From NCBI GenBank assembly GCA_030390025.1, contig CM059438.1:59026001-59090000 (forward strand): a DNA stretch of 64,000 nt, in the 5' to 3' direction. A program made the translations under genes and the position numbers. A model generated the notes under the pieces. The model was not told where the DNA came from. It ran no database searches and worked only from the letters and a program-made list of their open reading frames with translations. The first letter of the stretch is position 1. Every line of letters starts with the position of its first letter. This DNA is from Squalus acanthias. Its lineage: Eukaryota. Of the stretch, positions 25,840-39,304 are shown piece after piece.

Positions 25840-26602
25840 AGGCCAAAAATTCGGCACTTGTCGGGTGAGTTTGCGCTGTGTACTCACCCGCAAGGCCTCC
25901 TGAAGTGCCGGTTTCCTGCATGCACTGCGCATGCGCGGGAAACCGGAACTTCCGGTCTGGTGAAGGGAGCGGTTCAGAGGTGAACCGCGTGCGCGGGAGA
26001 GGCTGCGCGCACGCAGCAAACTTAGGTTTTTTTTCAGGTTTCTCCGGGAGGGTAAGTATTGAAGAGGCTGCGCTTTTAAAAAGGAGGCGCAGGACCCGTT
26101 TTCAACAAGGTAAGTGGTTAATTAATTATAATTTAAAAAAATTTTCAACTGGTTTATCTTTTTTAGATACTTTAAAGAAAGGTAAGTTTATTTTTAGCAC
26201 TGTTAAAAAGTATTTTAATTTTTTCAAAAATTTAAATTTTTGTTTAAAGTAGTTAATTTATTTAACTTATAGTTATTTTAAAAATGTGATGGTTTTTTAA
26301 AAATTTATTTGAAGTTTAGGTGTTGTTTTGGTACCGATTTCAATTCACAGATTTGACAGGTCTGTCAAATCTATGAATGAAAGATGGTCTGCTGCCATTG
26401 GCTCTCCATGGCCCACATGATCCCAGGGGACGCATCGCACTAACTACGCCCCTGGGATACACAAGCACTGCGCGCCAGCAGCTGCAGGAGGCCCAGGAGC
26501 TGAAGTCAAACCGTGGGCCCAGAGGTCAATGGCAGGCGCGGTAGGTAGGTGCGCGCGCGATCCTTACCCCCGCGGGAAGCCAGGGAGCCTAATTTCTGGG
26601 CC
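25840..26602. mobile_element. Non-autonomous Harbinger-like MITE
   Basis: Imperfect TIRs AGGCCAAAAATTCGGC / GCCTAATTTCTGGGCC resembling family B ends; no ORF. Confidence 0.65.
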
Positions 26603-26811
26603 CATATCTTTACTGCCCCTACATCAGAGCCAAGCTCCCTAATCGTCTCTCATCTGAGGTCACTGCAGTGGTCAGCCTCTTCCTGCAAGCCAACCCCTGT
26701 GTGAAATGCAGAAGACCTTGTTTAGCGATGCACACAGTAACACTTACCTTGAAAAACTACTTGGTGAGTGTAAGGGTGTTGGAATAATTTGAGAAAGTGC
26801 ATAAAGCTTTT

Positions 26812-27045
26812 GGAGTGCAGTGCTGAGGGAGCGCTGCACTGTCGGAGGTGCCGTCTTTCAGAGGAGACGTTAAACCGAGGCCCCGTCTGCCCTCTCAGGT
26901 GGACGTAAAAGATCCTGTGGAACTATTTCAAAGAAGAGCAGGGGAGTTCTCCCCGGTGTCCTGGCCAATATTTATCCCTCAATCAACATCACCAAAATAG
27001 ATTAACTGGTCATGATCACAATGCTGTTTGTGGGGCCTTGCTGTG
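26812..27045 (+). mobile_element. SacSINE1-like fragment
   Basis: Deu-domain core sequence. Confidence 0.85.
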
Positions 27046-27199
27046 AGAATGCAGGAACCGTGGCAGCCAATTTTTGCACAGCAAAGTTCCACAAACAGAC
27101 CTGGTCATCATCCTGGTCCTGGTCCCTCTACTAATGTCTTCCTGTCCAAACATTTCGGAGTTCTGTTTTCTGTTGTCTCAATTTCCTTGCACATCTCTT

Positions 27200-27378
27200 T
27201 CTCCCTCTCTGAATATCTGTCTCCCTCTCTCACTTCCCTTTCTCCGTCTCACCTCTGTCCTCTCCTTCTCTTTCTGTCTCATCTCCCCCTTTTTATTCTG
27301 TCACCTCTCTTCCTCTCCTGTCTGTCGCTACCTCTCTATGTCTCTTCCTCTCCTCTCCCCTCTCTCTCTCTGTTTTCC
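27200..27378. repeat. CT-rich low-complexity tract
   Basis: Strongly polypyrimidine. Confidence 0.8.
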
Positions 27379-27964
27379 CAGCTGTGCACTGTTTACTGGG
27401 AAGCTCCATAATGACTTTGATAGCCTCCACCTGGAGCCTGGTCTGTGTGTGTGAGGGCCCGTGCTCGCTCTGATACGTGTCAGCAAATATGACTGCAGCG
27501 CGCTGGGGGAATGACTGCTGCCTGCTCCTGGCAGTGAGGCTTGCTTAAAACATCACTAGATTATGGGGCTGCAGCATTATCTAAACATCCTTTTGGAGAG
27601 CGTGAGAAGCTCTGCTCGGGGGTGTGACTGAGGAGTGTAGTCGGAGCGGCCTTGTGTCAGGAGAGAGTTGCCGACAACCCCCAGCTCTCTGACGCAGGCC
27701 TGTGGAAGAACCTCAGGCTGATGCCACAACCTCCTTGTACGTGGAGAGATTGGACCGTGGCCCAGCCTTTCGATTCGCCTGCACGCACTCACTGCATCCT
27801 GTCTGGCTGGAGCTCTCCCAGACTGACACAGGCCTCGGAGTGAGTGCGGCTGGTGTGAGACGCAGCAAATAAATATTAGATCAGTGTGCAGGACGTGACT
27901 GGCCCAGCACCGTCACTTCACACAACCCTGTGTTCACTCAAGCTGACCTTAGAATATCACTAAT

Positions 27965-28275
27965 GTCCGTTGTTCACGGGATGTGGGTAAGATTGGCAGT
28001 GCAATATATCCATAGTTTACTGGGGGCTTTAAGAGTCAGCCACATAGTGTGGGATTGGAGTCACATATAGACCAGACCAGGTAATGATGGCAGGTTCCCT
28101 TCCCTGAAGGACATTCATGAACCAGTTGAGTTTTTCCAACCATCCGGCCGGTTTCATGGTCAGTGTTTTCCTGGCGCAAGTTCACAAATACCAAATTTAA
28201 TTTGCTCTGGCGGGATTTGAACTTCAGACCCTCCGGGTTGTTCATCTTGTATCATAACCACTGGGCTGCTGTATC
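27965..28275 (-). mobile_element. tRNA-derived SINE, same family as 24795-25153
   Basis: TGGAGTCACATATAGACCAGA and GGGATTTGAACT are reverse complements of the + copy. Confidence 0.7.
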
Positions 28276-28699
28276 CTAGGCTACATCAGCACAAGGATTC
28301 TGGCGTGGTTGATGTGGCCAATCGGCATCTCTTTGAGATAAAGGGAAGGATGATCAGAGGTTGAAGAATGGGGCGTGGAGACAAATGGAGAGGAGTGGAT
28401 AATGGGGTCACTGCATTGAATAAAGTGCGATCAGACTACCCCTTTTGCCCCGTGTGACGGTGCAGCTTGCTGTTTCTAACAGTTTAGGTACAAGCCTGAC
28501 TCGTGACTTGTGAAAATCTTCCATGAAAGATTTGCCCAGTGCAAGACCATCCAATCTTAGGAAAGGTGAAAGGCACGTACTTCCTAAATAATGCAAATTA
28601 GGAATTCTGCATACTGAGAGTGTCAGGCCTGTATGAAGGCTGGGCATGTACTGCCATGTATCAGGCCTACTAAGGAGGGGGGGAGGTGGTGTTAGTCTG

Positions 28700-28935
28700 T
28701 GTGACAGAAGCATTTATCTCACACTTTATCATATCCTCGGCATTTCCAAAGTCCTTGCAACTAATGATTTACTCTTGAAACGGCTTCACTGTAAAGTGGT
28801 AGCCAATTTACACAGAGCAAGATCCCACAAACAGCACATGAGTGACTTGGGGGTGAGGAAGGAATGCTGGCAGAACACTGGGAGAGCTGCCGTCTTCTAC
28901 TTTGAATAGTGCCGTGGGAGCTTCCACATCCACCC
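28700..28935 (-). mobile_element. Old SacSINE1-like remnant
   Basis: GCAAGATCCCACAAACAGC...TTTGAATAGTGCCGTGGGA. Confidence 0.55.
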
Positions 28936-29584
28936 TAAGCCGGCGGGGGAGGATCCTGCGGGGGTGGGAGAAGATTTCAAGCATTCTACTTTCAATCCTC
29001 ACCTTGATCGTGCTCAGGCTCTCCAGCCCCCTCCCCCAGACTCTGAACTGAAGAACTAGAATTTGCCGGGTGAGAGAAACTGAGGTATGTTTTCAGAGTC
29101 AGGCCTTTCTTTGTGTTCTGGTTTCCATGACGATCCCTGTAATGGCTGTTGGAGAATGATTGCTTGGCTGGTCCGTGTAATTATACACAGTGCTATTTTC
29201 CTTTATAACACTGACAGCGTGCAATAAATCAGGCCATCCGCTTTGCAGGAATCTTTGGTACAAGGCATTGAAGGCTGCATTGTTCCCAATAGATGTAACC
29301 GGACACAAATTGGAAACCAACCAAAAATGGAAAGAAGCCAGCACTGCACTGACGGGTTGGCTTCTTCACACGACTAAAGATCACTGAACAGAACCAAAAA
29401 TACAGTGCGGACCATCCCCCAGATCTTGTACAGTTAGGGGCCGCACTGTGTCTCAAAGACCCTCCGACTAGCTCCCCATGGCAGATATGGCTGGCTCATT
29501 TATCCAGCCCGCATTACACAGGGTCACAGAAAGCCTGGGGAAATTCCCAGCTCATGTGTTCATATCAGGGCCCTTGTGGAGGAC

Positions 29585-32500
29585 AGGGCCCCTGATAGAC
29601 ACTGTACCTTGGGGCCTGCTCCCAGTACGACAGACTCTGGATAGACAGTGTAGCCAGGACCTGCTCCCAGTACTACAGGCTCCAGATCGACACTGTACCC
29701 AGGGGCCTTCTCCCAGTAATACAGGCCCCTGGTAGACACAGTACGCGAGGGCCTGCTCCCTATACTACAGTCCCTGGATAGACACTGTATCCTCAGGCCT
29801 GCTCCTAGTACGACAAGGCCTGGATAGACACTGCACCCTGGGGACATCTCCCAGTACAACAGGCCCCTGATAGACACTGTACAGTGGGGCCTGCTCCCAG
29901 TACTACAGACCCTGGATAGACTCTGTGTCCTGAGGCCTGCTCCGAGTATAAAAGGCCCCTGATAGACACTATACCCTGGAGCCTGCTCCCAGTACTACAG
30001 GTCCCTGGTAGACACTGTACCATGGGGCCTGCTCCCAATACTACAGGCCCCTGATAGACAGTGTACCCTGGGGCCTGCTCCCGGTAATACAGACCCTGGA
30101 TAGACCCTGTAGCCTGGGGCTTGCTCCCAGTAATACATACCCTGGATAGACACTGTACCCTGGGGCCTGCTCCCAGTACTAAAGGCCCTTGGTAGACACT
30201 GTACCCTGGGGCCTGCTACCAGTACTACAGACCATGGATAGACACTGCACCCTGAGGCCTGCTCCCAGCACCACAGGCCCTGGAGAGACACTGTATCCCA
30301 TGGCCTACTCCCAGTACTGCAGACCCTGGATAGACACTGTACCCTGGGGCCTGCTCCCAGTTCTACAGGTCCCTGATAGACACTGTACCCTGGGGCCTGC
30401 TCCCAGTACTACAGGCCCCTGATAGACACTGTACCCTGGGGCCTGCTCCCAGTACTGCAGGCCCCTGATATACACTGTACCCTGGGGCCTGCTCCCAGTA
30501 CTACAGATCCCTGATAGACACTGTACCCTGGGGCCTGCTCCCAGTACTACAGGCCCCTGATAGACACTGTACCCTGGGGCCTGTTCCCAGTTCTACACGC
30601 CCCTGATAGACACTGTACCCTGGGGCCTGCTCCCAGTACTACAGGTCCCTGATAGACACTGTACCCTGGGGCCTGTTCCCAGTACTACAGACCCTGGATA
30701 TACACTGTACCCTGGGGCCTGCTCGAGTATAAAAGGCCCCTGATAGACACTATACCCTGGAGCCTGCTCCCAGTACTACAGGCCCCTGATATACACTGTA
30801 CCCTGGGGCCTGCTCCCAGTACTACAGATCCCTGATAGACACTGTACCCTGGGGCCTGCTACCAGTACTACAGACCATGGATAGACACTGTACCCTGAGG
30901 CCTGCTCCCAGCACCACAGGCCCTGGAGAGACACTGTATCCCATGGCCTACTCCCAGTACTGCAGACCCTGGATAGACACTGTACCCTGGGGCCTGCTCC
31001 CAGTTCTACAGGCCCCTGATAGACACTGTACCCTGGGGCCTGCTCCCAGTACTACCGACCATGGATAGACACTGTACCCTGAGGCCTGCTCCCAGTACTA
31101 CAGGCCCCTGATAGACACTGTACCCTGGGGCCTGCTCCCAGTACTACAGGCCCCTGATATACACTGTACCCTGGGGCCTGCTCCCAGTACTACAGATCCC
31201 TGATAGACACTGTACCCTGGGGCCTGCTCCCAGTACTACAGGCCCCTGATAGACACTGTACCCTGGGGCCTGTTCCCAGTTCTACATGCCCCTGATAGAC
31301 ACTGTACCCTGGGGCCTGCTCCCAGTACTACAGGTCCCTGATAGACATTGTACCCTGGGGCCTGCTCCCAGTTCTACACGCCCCTGATAGACACTGTACC
31401 CTGGGGCCTGTTCCCAGTACTACAGACCCTGGATATACACTGTACCCTGGAGCCTGTTCCCAGTACTACAGGCCCCTGATAGTCACTGTACCCTGGGGCC
31501 TGCTCCCAGTACTACAGGCCCCTGATAGACACTGTACCCTGGGGCCTGCTCCCAGTACTACAGACCCTGGATATACACTGTACCCTGGGGCCTGCTACCA
31601 GTACTACAGTCTCCTGGTAGACACTGTTCCCTGTGTCCTGCTCCCAGCATTGCAGGCCCTGGATAGACTCCGTACCCTGAGGCCTGCTCCCAGTACTATA
31701 TGCCCTGGACAGACACTGTACCCTGAGACCTGCTCCCATTACTACAGACCTAGGATAGACACTGTACTCTGGGGTCTGCTCCCAGTCCTACAGACGCTGG
31801 ATAGACACTGTACCGTGGGGCCTGCTTCCAGTACTACAGGCCCCTGATAGACACTGTACCCTGGGGCCTGCTCTCAGTACTACAGGCCCACGATAGATAC
31901 TGTACTCTGGGGCCTGCTCCCAGTAGTACAGACCCTGGGTAGACATTGAACCCTGGGGCCTGCTCCCTGTACTACAGGCCCCTGATAGACACTGTACCCT
32001 GTGGCTTGCTCCCAGTACTACAGGCCCTGGATAGACACTGTACCCTGAGGCCTGCTCCCAGTACTACAGGCCCCTGATAGACACTGTACCCTGAGGCCTG
32101 CTCCCTGCACTACAGGCCCTGGATAGACACTGTACCCTGAGGCCTGCTCCCAGTACATCAGGCCCTGGATAGACACTGTACCCTGGGGCCTGCTCCCGTA
32201 ACAACAGACCCTGGATAGACACAGTATCCTAGGGCCAGCACCCAGTAGTAAAGACCCCTGGTAGACACTGTACCCTAAGGCCTGCTCCCAGTACTTCAGG
32301 CCATGGATAGATACTGTAGCCTGAGCCCTGCTCCCAGTACTACAGACCCTGGATAGACACTGTCCCCTGGGGCCTGCTCCCAGTATTACAGGCCGTTAAT
32401 GGCCACTGTACCATGGGGCCTGCTCCCTGTACTACAGAAGCTGGATAGACACAGTACCCTGAGGCCAGCTCCCAGTACTACAGACCCTGGATAGACACTG

Positions 32501-34880
32501 CAGCCATGGCCTACTGCCAGTATTGCAGGCCCCTGATTGTCACTGTTCCCTGTGGCCTGCTCCCAGTACTACAGGCCCCTCGTAGACTCTGTACCCTGAG
32601 GCCTGCTCCCAGTACTATACGCCCTGGATAGACACTGTATCCTGAGGCCTGCTCCCAATACTAAAGACCCTGGATAGACACTGTACTCTGGGGCCTGCTC
32701 CCAGTACTACAGGCCCTGGATAGACACTGTATCCTGGAGCCAGCTCCCAGTACTACAGACCCTGGATAGACTCTGTACCCTGAGGCCTGCTCACAGGACT
32801 ACAGACCCTGGATTGACACTGTACAATGGGGCCTGCTCCCAGTACTACAGGCCCCTCATAGACACTGTACCCTGGGGCCTGCTCCCAGCACTACAGGCCC
32901 TAGATAGACACTATACCCTGAGGCCTGCTCCCAGTACTACAGACCACGGATAAACACTGTACCCTGTGGCCTGCTCCCAGTTCTACTGGCCCTGGATTGA
33001 CACTGTAGCCTGGGGCCTGCTCTCAGTACTATGGACCCTGGAGAGACACTGTACCCTGTGGCCTGCTCCCAGTACTACAGGCCCCTGATTGGCACTGAAC
33101 CCTGAGGACTGCTCCCAGTACTACAGACCCAGGATAGACACTGTACCTTGAGGCCTGCTCCCAGCACTACAGGCCCTGGATAGACACTGTACCCTGTGGC
33201 CTGCTCCCAGTTCTACAGGCCCTGGATAGACACGGTAGCCTGAGGACTGCTCCCAGTACTACAGCCCCTGGATAGACACTGTACCCTGGGGCCTGCTCCC
33301 TGTACTAAAGGCGCTGGATAGACACTGTACCCTGGGGCCTGCACCCGGTACTACAGACCCTGGATAGACACTGTATCCTGGAGCCTGCTCCCAGCACTAC
33401 AGACCCTGGATGGACTCTGTACCCTGGGGCCTGCTCCCAGTTCTAGAGGCGTTGGATAGACACTGTACCCTGGGGCCTGCACCCGGTACTACAGACCCTG
33501 GATGGACTCTGTTCCCTGGGGGCTACTCCCAGTACTACAGACCCTAGATAGACACTGTATCCTGGGGCCTGCTCCCAGTACTACAGACCCTGGATGGACT
33601 CTGTACCCTGGGGCCTGCTCCCAGTTCTACAGGCCCCTGATAGGCACTGAACCCTGAGGACTGCTCCCAGTACTACAGACCCTGGATAGACACTGTACCC
33701 TGTGGCCTGCTCCCAGTTCTACAGGCCCTAGATAGACACGGTAGCCTGAGGACTACTCCCAGTATTACAGCCCCTGGATAGACACTGTACCCTGGGGCCT
33801 GCTCCCTGTACTAAAGGCGCTGGATAGACACTGTACCCTGGGGCCTGCACCCGGTACTACAGACCCTGGATAGACACTGTATCCTGGAGCCTGCTCCCAG
33901 TACTACAGACCCTGGATGGACACTGTACCCTGTGGCATGCTTACAGTACTACAGGCCCCGGATAGACACTGTACCCTGTGGCATGCTTACAGTACTACAG
34001 GCCCTGGATAGACACTGTACCCTGGGGCCTGCTCCCTGTACTACAGGCCCGTGATAGACACTGTACCCTGAGGCCTGCTCCCAGTACTACAGGCCCTGGA
34101 TAGGCACTGTACCCTGAGGGCTGCTCCCAGTACTACAGGCCCCTGATAGACACTGTACCCTGAGGCCTGTTCCCAGTACTACAGGCCCTGGATAGACACT
34201 GTTCCCTGGGGCCTGCTCCCAGTACTACATGCCCCTGATAGACACTGTACCCTGAGGCCTGCTCCCTGTACGACAGGCCCTGGATAGACACTGTACCCTG
34301 GGGCCTGCTCTCAGTACTACAGGCCCGTGATAGACACGGTACCCTGAGGGCTGCTCCCAGTACTACAGGCCCTGGATAGACACTGTACCCTGAGGCCTGC
34401 TCCCAGTACTACAGGCCCTGGATAGACACAGTTCCCTGGGGCCTGCTCCCAGTACTACATGCCACTGATTGACACTGTACCCTGAGGCCTTCTCCCTGTA
34501 CGACAGGCCCTGGATAGACACTGTACCCTGGGGCCTGCTCCCTGTACTACAGGCCCGTGATAGACACTGTACCCTGAGGCCTGCTCCCAGTACTACAGAC
34601 CCTGGATAGACACTGTACCCTGAGGCCTGCTCCCAGTACTACAGGCCCGTGATAGACACTGTACCCTGAGGCCTGCTCCCAGTACCACAGGCACTGGATA
34701 GACACTGTACCCTGAGGGCTGCTCCCAGTACTACAGGCCCTGGATTCACTCTGTACCCTGAGGCCTCCTCCCAGTACTACAGACCCTGGATAGACACTGT
34801 ACCCTGAGGCCTGCTCCCAGTACTACAGACCCTGGATAGACACTGTCCCCTGAGTGCTGCTCCCAGTACTACAGGCCCCT
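29585..34880. repeat. 46-bp minisatellite array, about 115 copies
   Basis: GATAGACACTGTACCCTG(G/A)GGCCTGCTCCCAGTACTACAGGCCCCT/ACCCTG, head-to-tail with no spacers. Confidence 0.97.
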
Positions 34881-34892
34881 AATCTCTGCTTT

Positions 34893-35100
34893 GACTGTGT
34901 CAATGATTGTCTGAACCCTGCCAGCTGGATACGTTTGCTGGAAGGGGGGCAATAGCAGGTCGACAGCTCGCTGACCTCTTCCCGACAGACCCACTCAGCA
35001 TGCCGAGCACAGTCAGGTCTGCGAATTAATAGGATGAGATCATGAAAAACTCCAGTGATGTATGTTCGCACGTCCTGTCATAATGATGAGCACTGCCTGA
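34893..35100. repeat. Unclassified ~210-bp diverged repeat, copy 1 (copy 2 at 37917-38141)
   Basis: Shared blocks CAATAGCAGG(T/C)CGACAGC, CCGAGCACAGTCAG, ATGAGATCATGAAAAA, GTTCGCA. Confidence 0.75.
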
Positions 35101-35229
35101 GGGGTGATGACTCCTTTCCCCTTAATGAAGCTTCCCCACCTTGCTGTACTGTCCACCATATTCGACGTTGAAGTTGCTGTGGTGCTGGCGTAGCCCTTAT
35201 ATCCTCATCACGCCTTGGTCTGCCGCCTA

Positions 35230-37918
35230 CTCCTCGGGCAACTTTACCTATTCCCAACAACTCGCATTGTTCCACTCCTCACGTCTCTCTTTTAAAATCC
35301 TTCTTCTGTCCCGCCCACCCAAATATCACACCAATGTTCTCAATGAGATATCTTCTCTACATTCCTCCCTCTGCCTCTGCCCTGAGCGACTCCTCATCCT
35401 CGCTGATTTCAACCTCCATCTCAACTCATCTTGCTCCCTCTCCTCTGAGTTCACTGCCCTCCTTTCTTCCCTTAATCTCACCCTTCATGTCAACTCCCCC
35501 ACCCATATACACGGCCACCCCCTCGATCTTATCATCTCACGTGGCCTCACCATCCCCTCCGTAACCATCACTGACAAGGCAATCTCTGACCATTTCCTTA
35601 CATCACTCTTTACCCATATTCCCCTTCCCCCTCCGAAACCCACTTCTTTTTGTATCCGCCCCTGGAAAAAATCTCTCCCTCAAGTCCCGAACCACTGCAC
35701 TTTCTAATTCCCAACTACCGAGCCTTTGGCCTACAATTCCCCATGACATCTCTGCAGCTACTGACTTCCTGAATCCCACCCTCTCCACCACCTTTGATGG
35801 CCTTGTCCCCACTAAATTCATTGCACTCTCTCACCCTAGTTGTTCCCCCTGGTATGCCCCTCATCTCCGCTCCCTTAAGTCCAAGGGACGCAGACGTGAA
35901 TGTCTTTGGCAGACAACTGGTCTAATCATCCGTCACCAGATTTGGCTCGATCATATAAAGCATTATTGGGTCCTGCTCTCCATCACTAAAACCATCCACT
36001 ATTTTAAGATCATCCAGGACAGCAAAAATAACACCAGGCTTCGCTTCTCCACCACTAACCATCTTCTCAAACCACCCTCCCCGGCCTCCTCCTCACTCAC
36101 CTCCAACAATAAATGTGAGGAGCTCATGGACTTATTTGTTAAAAAGATCGACAGCATCCGTTCAACTACTTCTGCTTTCAACTCCTTTCCCCTAGCCCAC
36201 CGGGCCTAACTTCCTCTCCGTTTTCCCCCTGCTCTAATCCTAAATTTGCATATTTCTCTAATTTCTATCCTATCTTCCCTCTTGCCCTTGCAAAGCTCAT
36301 CTTGTCAATGAGACCGACCTCCTGCTCTCTCGACCCTATTCCGACTAAACTGCTGACCACCGAACTTTCCTTTCAGGCTCCCATGTTAGCTGATATTGTT
36401 AATGGTTCTCTCTCCTCAGGTACTGTCCCCCTCTCCCTCAAATCTGCCATCATCACCCCTCTCCTCAAAACAACAGCCCTTGACCCCCTCCGTCCTTGCA
36501 AACTACCGCCCCATCTCCAACCTCCCTTTCCTCTCCAAAGTCCTTGAACGTGTTGTCGCCTCCCAAATCCGTGCCCATCTTTCCCTGAACTCCATGTTTG
36601 AATCCCTCCAATCAGGTTTCCGCCCCTGCCACAGCACTGAAACTGCTCTCACCAAGGTCACAAAAGTCATCCTGCGACAAAGGTAATCTATCCCTTCTCG
36701 TCCTCCTGGGCCTGTCTGCAGCCTTTGACATGGTTGACCACAAAATTCTGCTCCAAGGCCTCTCCACCGTCGTCCAGCTGGATGGGACTGCACTCACCTG
36801 GTTTCATTCCCATCTCTCCAGCTGTAACCACACCATCACCCCTGGTGTCCCCCAAGGGTCTATCCTTGGCCCCCTCCCTATTTCTCATCTACATGCTGCC
36901 GCTTGGTGACATCATCTGGCAACACAACGTGAGTTTTCACAGGTACGCTGATGATACCCAGCTCTACCTCTCCTCCACCTCTCTCGAACCCTCCACCGTC
37001 TCTATACCATCAGACTGCTTGTCCGACATCCAGCACTGGATGAGTAGAAATTTCCTCCAATTAAATATCGGGAAGACCGAGGCCATTGTCTTCGGTACAT
37101 GCCACAAACTCCATTCCCTTTCCACCGACTCGATCCCTCTCCCCGCAACTGTCTGAGTCTGAACCAGACTGTTCGCAACCTTGGTGTCATATTTGACCCT
37201 GAAAAGAGCTTCCGACCACATATATGCGCCATAACTAAGACTGCTTATTTCCACCTCTGTAATATCGCCCGTCTCTGCCCTTACCTAAACTTATCTGCTG
37301 CTGAAACCCTCATCTGTGCCTTTACAACCTCTCAACCTGACTATTCCAACGCACTCCTGGCCGCCCTCCCTAGTTCTACCCTCCATAAACTTGAGGTCAT
37401 CCAAAACTCTGCCGCCCATGTGCTAGCTCACACTAAGTCCCGCTCGCCCATCTTCCTTGTACTTGCTGACCGACATTGGCTCCCAATTAAGCAACGCCTC
37501 GATTTTAAAATTCTAATCCTTCTTTTCAAATCCCTCCTTGGCCTCACCCCTCCCTATCTCTGTAATCTCCTCCAACCCTATAATCCCCCTAGATCTCTGC
37601 ATTCTGCTTATTCTGGCCTTTTGAACATCCCCAATTTTAATCGCTCCACCATTAGTGGCCGTGCCTTCAGCTGCCTAGGCCCCAAGCTCTGGAATTCCCT
37701 CCCTAATCCTCTCCGCCTCTCTTTCCTCCTTTAAGATGCTCCTTAAAACCGACCTCTTTGACCAAGCTTTTGGTCATCTGTCCTAATATCAGCCTTTTTT
37801 ATGTGGCTCGGTGTCAAATTTCGATTTTTTATTTGATAACTCTCTCCTGTGAAGCGCCTTGGGACGTTTTATCACATTAAAGGCGCTATATAAATATAAG
37901 TTGTTGTTGTTGTTGTTG
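35230..37918 (+). mobile_element. L2-clade LINE, degenerate ORF2 (APE endonuclease + RT) with 3' tail
   Basis: [69 protein letters not shown]; tail TGTGAAGCGCCTTGGG...AAAGGCGCTATATAAAT(GTT)n. Confidence 0.93.
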
Positions 37919-38141
37919 ACAGTGTCAGCGAGTGTCTGATCCCTCACAGCTTGATAAGTTTGCTGGACAGGAGCCAATAGCAGGCCGACAGCTTGCTGAC
38001 CGCTGACTGACAGACCTCTGACCGACAGACCAACTCAGAATTCCGAGCACAGTCAGCCTGCGAACTAATAGAATGAGATCATGAAAAATTCCAGTGATGA
38101 TGTGTGTTCGCAGGTCCTGTCGTAAGAACGAGCACTTCCTG
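37917..38141. repeat. Unclassified ~210-bp diverged repeat, copy 2
   Basis: See 34893-35100. Confidence 0.75.
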
Positions 38142-38624
38142 ACGTCACATCAATCTGGTGATCTGCTTATGAGTCAGTCCCACCAGATAGCAGCCCCGAA
38201 TATGAATGAATCGGCCACTTGACTCCCTCCACCACCACCCCCCTACGCTTCCAGTTAACTCAGAATGTGACCCATTGCGTGCACTGCCAACCCTCCAGAA
38301 TCTCCAGGAATTTAAGATTAACCTTCAGGCCAGTGGGCAATAAAAATATTGTGTTTTTTTTTTCATTTTCATTTTCTTTCAACATTTTTTTATGAGGTAT
38401 AAAAATACTGGAGATGGAGCTAAAAGGCTGATTGACTAACAGACAAAATGAATCCAATGGGGTAACAAAGCGTCTGTCGACGGCCCTGCCTGCTGTTACC
38501 GGTCTCGGTTTTGTCAGCGCGTTCTTTTGACAGCGGTTCTGGTGAACTGTGGGGCATTCCCTGAAGGAAGACGCTCATTCACTAAATGCGTGTCGGAAGT
38601 CTCTCAGATTACGATCGTTCACAA

Positions 38625-38760
38625 CATTTCTTATTCTGGCCTTTTGAACATGCCCGATTTTAATCGCTCCACCATCCGGGGCCGTGCCTTCAACCGCTGA
38701 GGCCCTAAGCTCTGGAATTCCCTCCCTAGACCTCTCCGCCTCTCTTTCCTCCTTAAGGCA
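38625..38760 (+). mobile_element. L2 fragment
   Basis: Matches 37605-37735. Confidence 0.75.
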
Positions 38761-38889
38761 AAAAAAAAGCAATGTTAAATATATTTCTATAATCTTAAAA
38801 CGATCCAAGAGCGAGGCCCCAGGGAACAACGTAAAGCGACGATGGATAGAGCTGGAGGTGGAGAGAATCCCCCAAATATATTCCCACGA

Positions 38890-39243
38890 GTATTGAGGGG
38901 TGATCTAATCGAGCTGATTAAAATGGTTCGAGGGGTTGATAGGGTAGATAGAGAGAAACTATTTCCACTGGAGGGCGAGTCCAGAATAAAGGGGCATAAA
39001 ATTAGAGCCAGGCCGTTCAGGGGTGGTGTAGTGGAAATCTGGAACTCTCTCCCCAAAAAGCTGTTGCGGCTGGGGGCAATTGGAAATGTCAAATTTGAGT
39101 TTGATAGATTTTTGTTAGGCAAGGGTGTTAAGGGTTACAGAACCAAGGTGGGTAGATGGAGTTAAGATACAGATCAGCCATGATCTAATTGAATGGTGGA
39201 ACAGGATCGAGGGGCTGAATGGCCTCCTCCTGTTCCTATGTTC
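38890..39243 (+). mobile_element. CR1 3' fragment
   Basis: LRGDLIE...WNSLP and tail CCTGTTCCTATGTTCC. Confidence 0.88.
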
Positions 39244-39304
39244 CTGGATCACTCAACATAGCAAAATCCAAAATGTACCTCAAATATTCACATCTGTGAG
39301 TTCA

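Noticed and set aside
27540..27850. Possible host exon ending in GTGAGT
   Set aside because: No recognisable protein in any frame and no clear acceptor
29585..34880. CRISPR-like appearance of the 46-bp array
   Set aside because: No unique spacers, no cas genes, vertebrate context; it is a plain tandem repeat
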